Source: Lama glama (taxonomy: Eukaryota). Taken from it: 64,000 bases of DNA. The translations under genes and the position numbers were made by a program. Each line of letters starts with the position of its first letter. Position 1 is the first letter of the stretch. The stretch is taken from positions 26,972,001-27,036,000 of the forward strand of contig CM052816.1 of assembly GCA_028534125.1 (NCBI GenBank), given 5' to 3'. This document shows, piece after piece, positions 63,302 to 64,000 of this stretch. The notes under the pieces are model-generated. The model was given only the letters and a program-made list of their open reading frames with translations. It was not told the DNA's origin and did no database searches.

Positions 63302-64000
63302 TTTTTTTCCTTTTTTTAAAAAATTGAGGTATAGTTGACATATAATATCACATTAGTTTCAGGTGTACATGTAGTGATTCACAATCTTTAAAGGTTATAC
63401 TCCATTTATAGTGATTATAAAATACTGGCTATATTCCCTGTGCTATATAATAAATGTTTGTAACTTATTTATTCTACCTTTAACTTGCCTCTTACCCCTT
63501 CCCTCTCCCCAGTGGTAAACACTAGTTTGTTCTCTGTATCTGCGAGTCTGCCTCTTTTTTGTTATATTCACTAGTTTGTTGTATTTTTTAATTCCACATA
63601 TAAGTGATATAATGCAGCATTTTTTTGTTTCTGCCTGACTTATTTCACTAGGCATAATACCCTCCTAGTCTACCCATGTTGTTGGAAATGGCAAAGTTTC
63701 ATTTTTTATGGCTGAGTAGTAATCCTTTATATATATATATTATACTACATCTTCTTTATCCATTCATCTCTTGATGGACACTTAGGTAGATTCCTTATCT
63801 TGGCTATTGTAAATAATGCTCCTATGAACATTTAGGAGCATATATCTCTTCAAATTAAAGTCTTCAATTTCATTGAATATATATACACAGGAGTGGAATT
63901 ATTGGATCATATGTAGTTTGGTTTTTATTTTTTTGAGGAACCTCAATTCCACAGGGGCTGCATCATTTTACATTCCCATCAATGGTGTAGAAGGGTTCAC
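63302..64000 (-). mobile_element. L1 3' end (L1MA9 / laurasiatherian type), running off the window
   Basis: T-rich tail, then TTAGTTTCAGGTGTACA...ATTCCACATATAAGTGATAT...ATTGTAAATAATGCT...TTTTGAGGAACCTC...TTACATTCCCA. Confidence 0.88.

Noticed and set aside
24680..64000. A divergent lncRNA or second gene upstream of SNX2
   Set aside because: CpG promoters are often bidirectional, but no exon chain can be supported from sequence alone; RNA data are needed.

Overview
Mammalian genomic DNA, most likely camelid (alpaca/llama/camel), judged from tRNA-derived Vic-1-type SINEs and camelid-type L1 3' ends. The only host gene I can support is the 5' end of SNX2 (sorting nexin 2) on the minus strand: coding exon 1 (24423-24316) in a CpG-island promoter, a 21.1-kb L1-rich intron 1, and coding exon 2 (3177-3060). 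The gene continues beyond position 1. The ~39 kb upstream (24.7-64 kb) has no recognisable gene and is mostly old MaLR/ERV LTRs, L2, MIR, DNA transposons, L1 3' ends and SINEs. Nearly all ORFs in the track are L1 remnants or chance ORFs. The most novel-looking observation is a chimeric non-autonomous retroelement present twice (18151-18643 +, 59653-60011 -). Both copies have their own target-site duplication (TSD) and share the same junction between a younger L1 3' segment and an ancient L1ME/MB-like tail; one copy carries a tRNA-SINE head inside the same TSD. Repeat family names and human comparisons are from memory, not database searches, and boundaries of old repeats are approximate.
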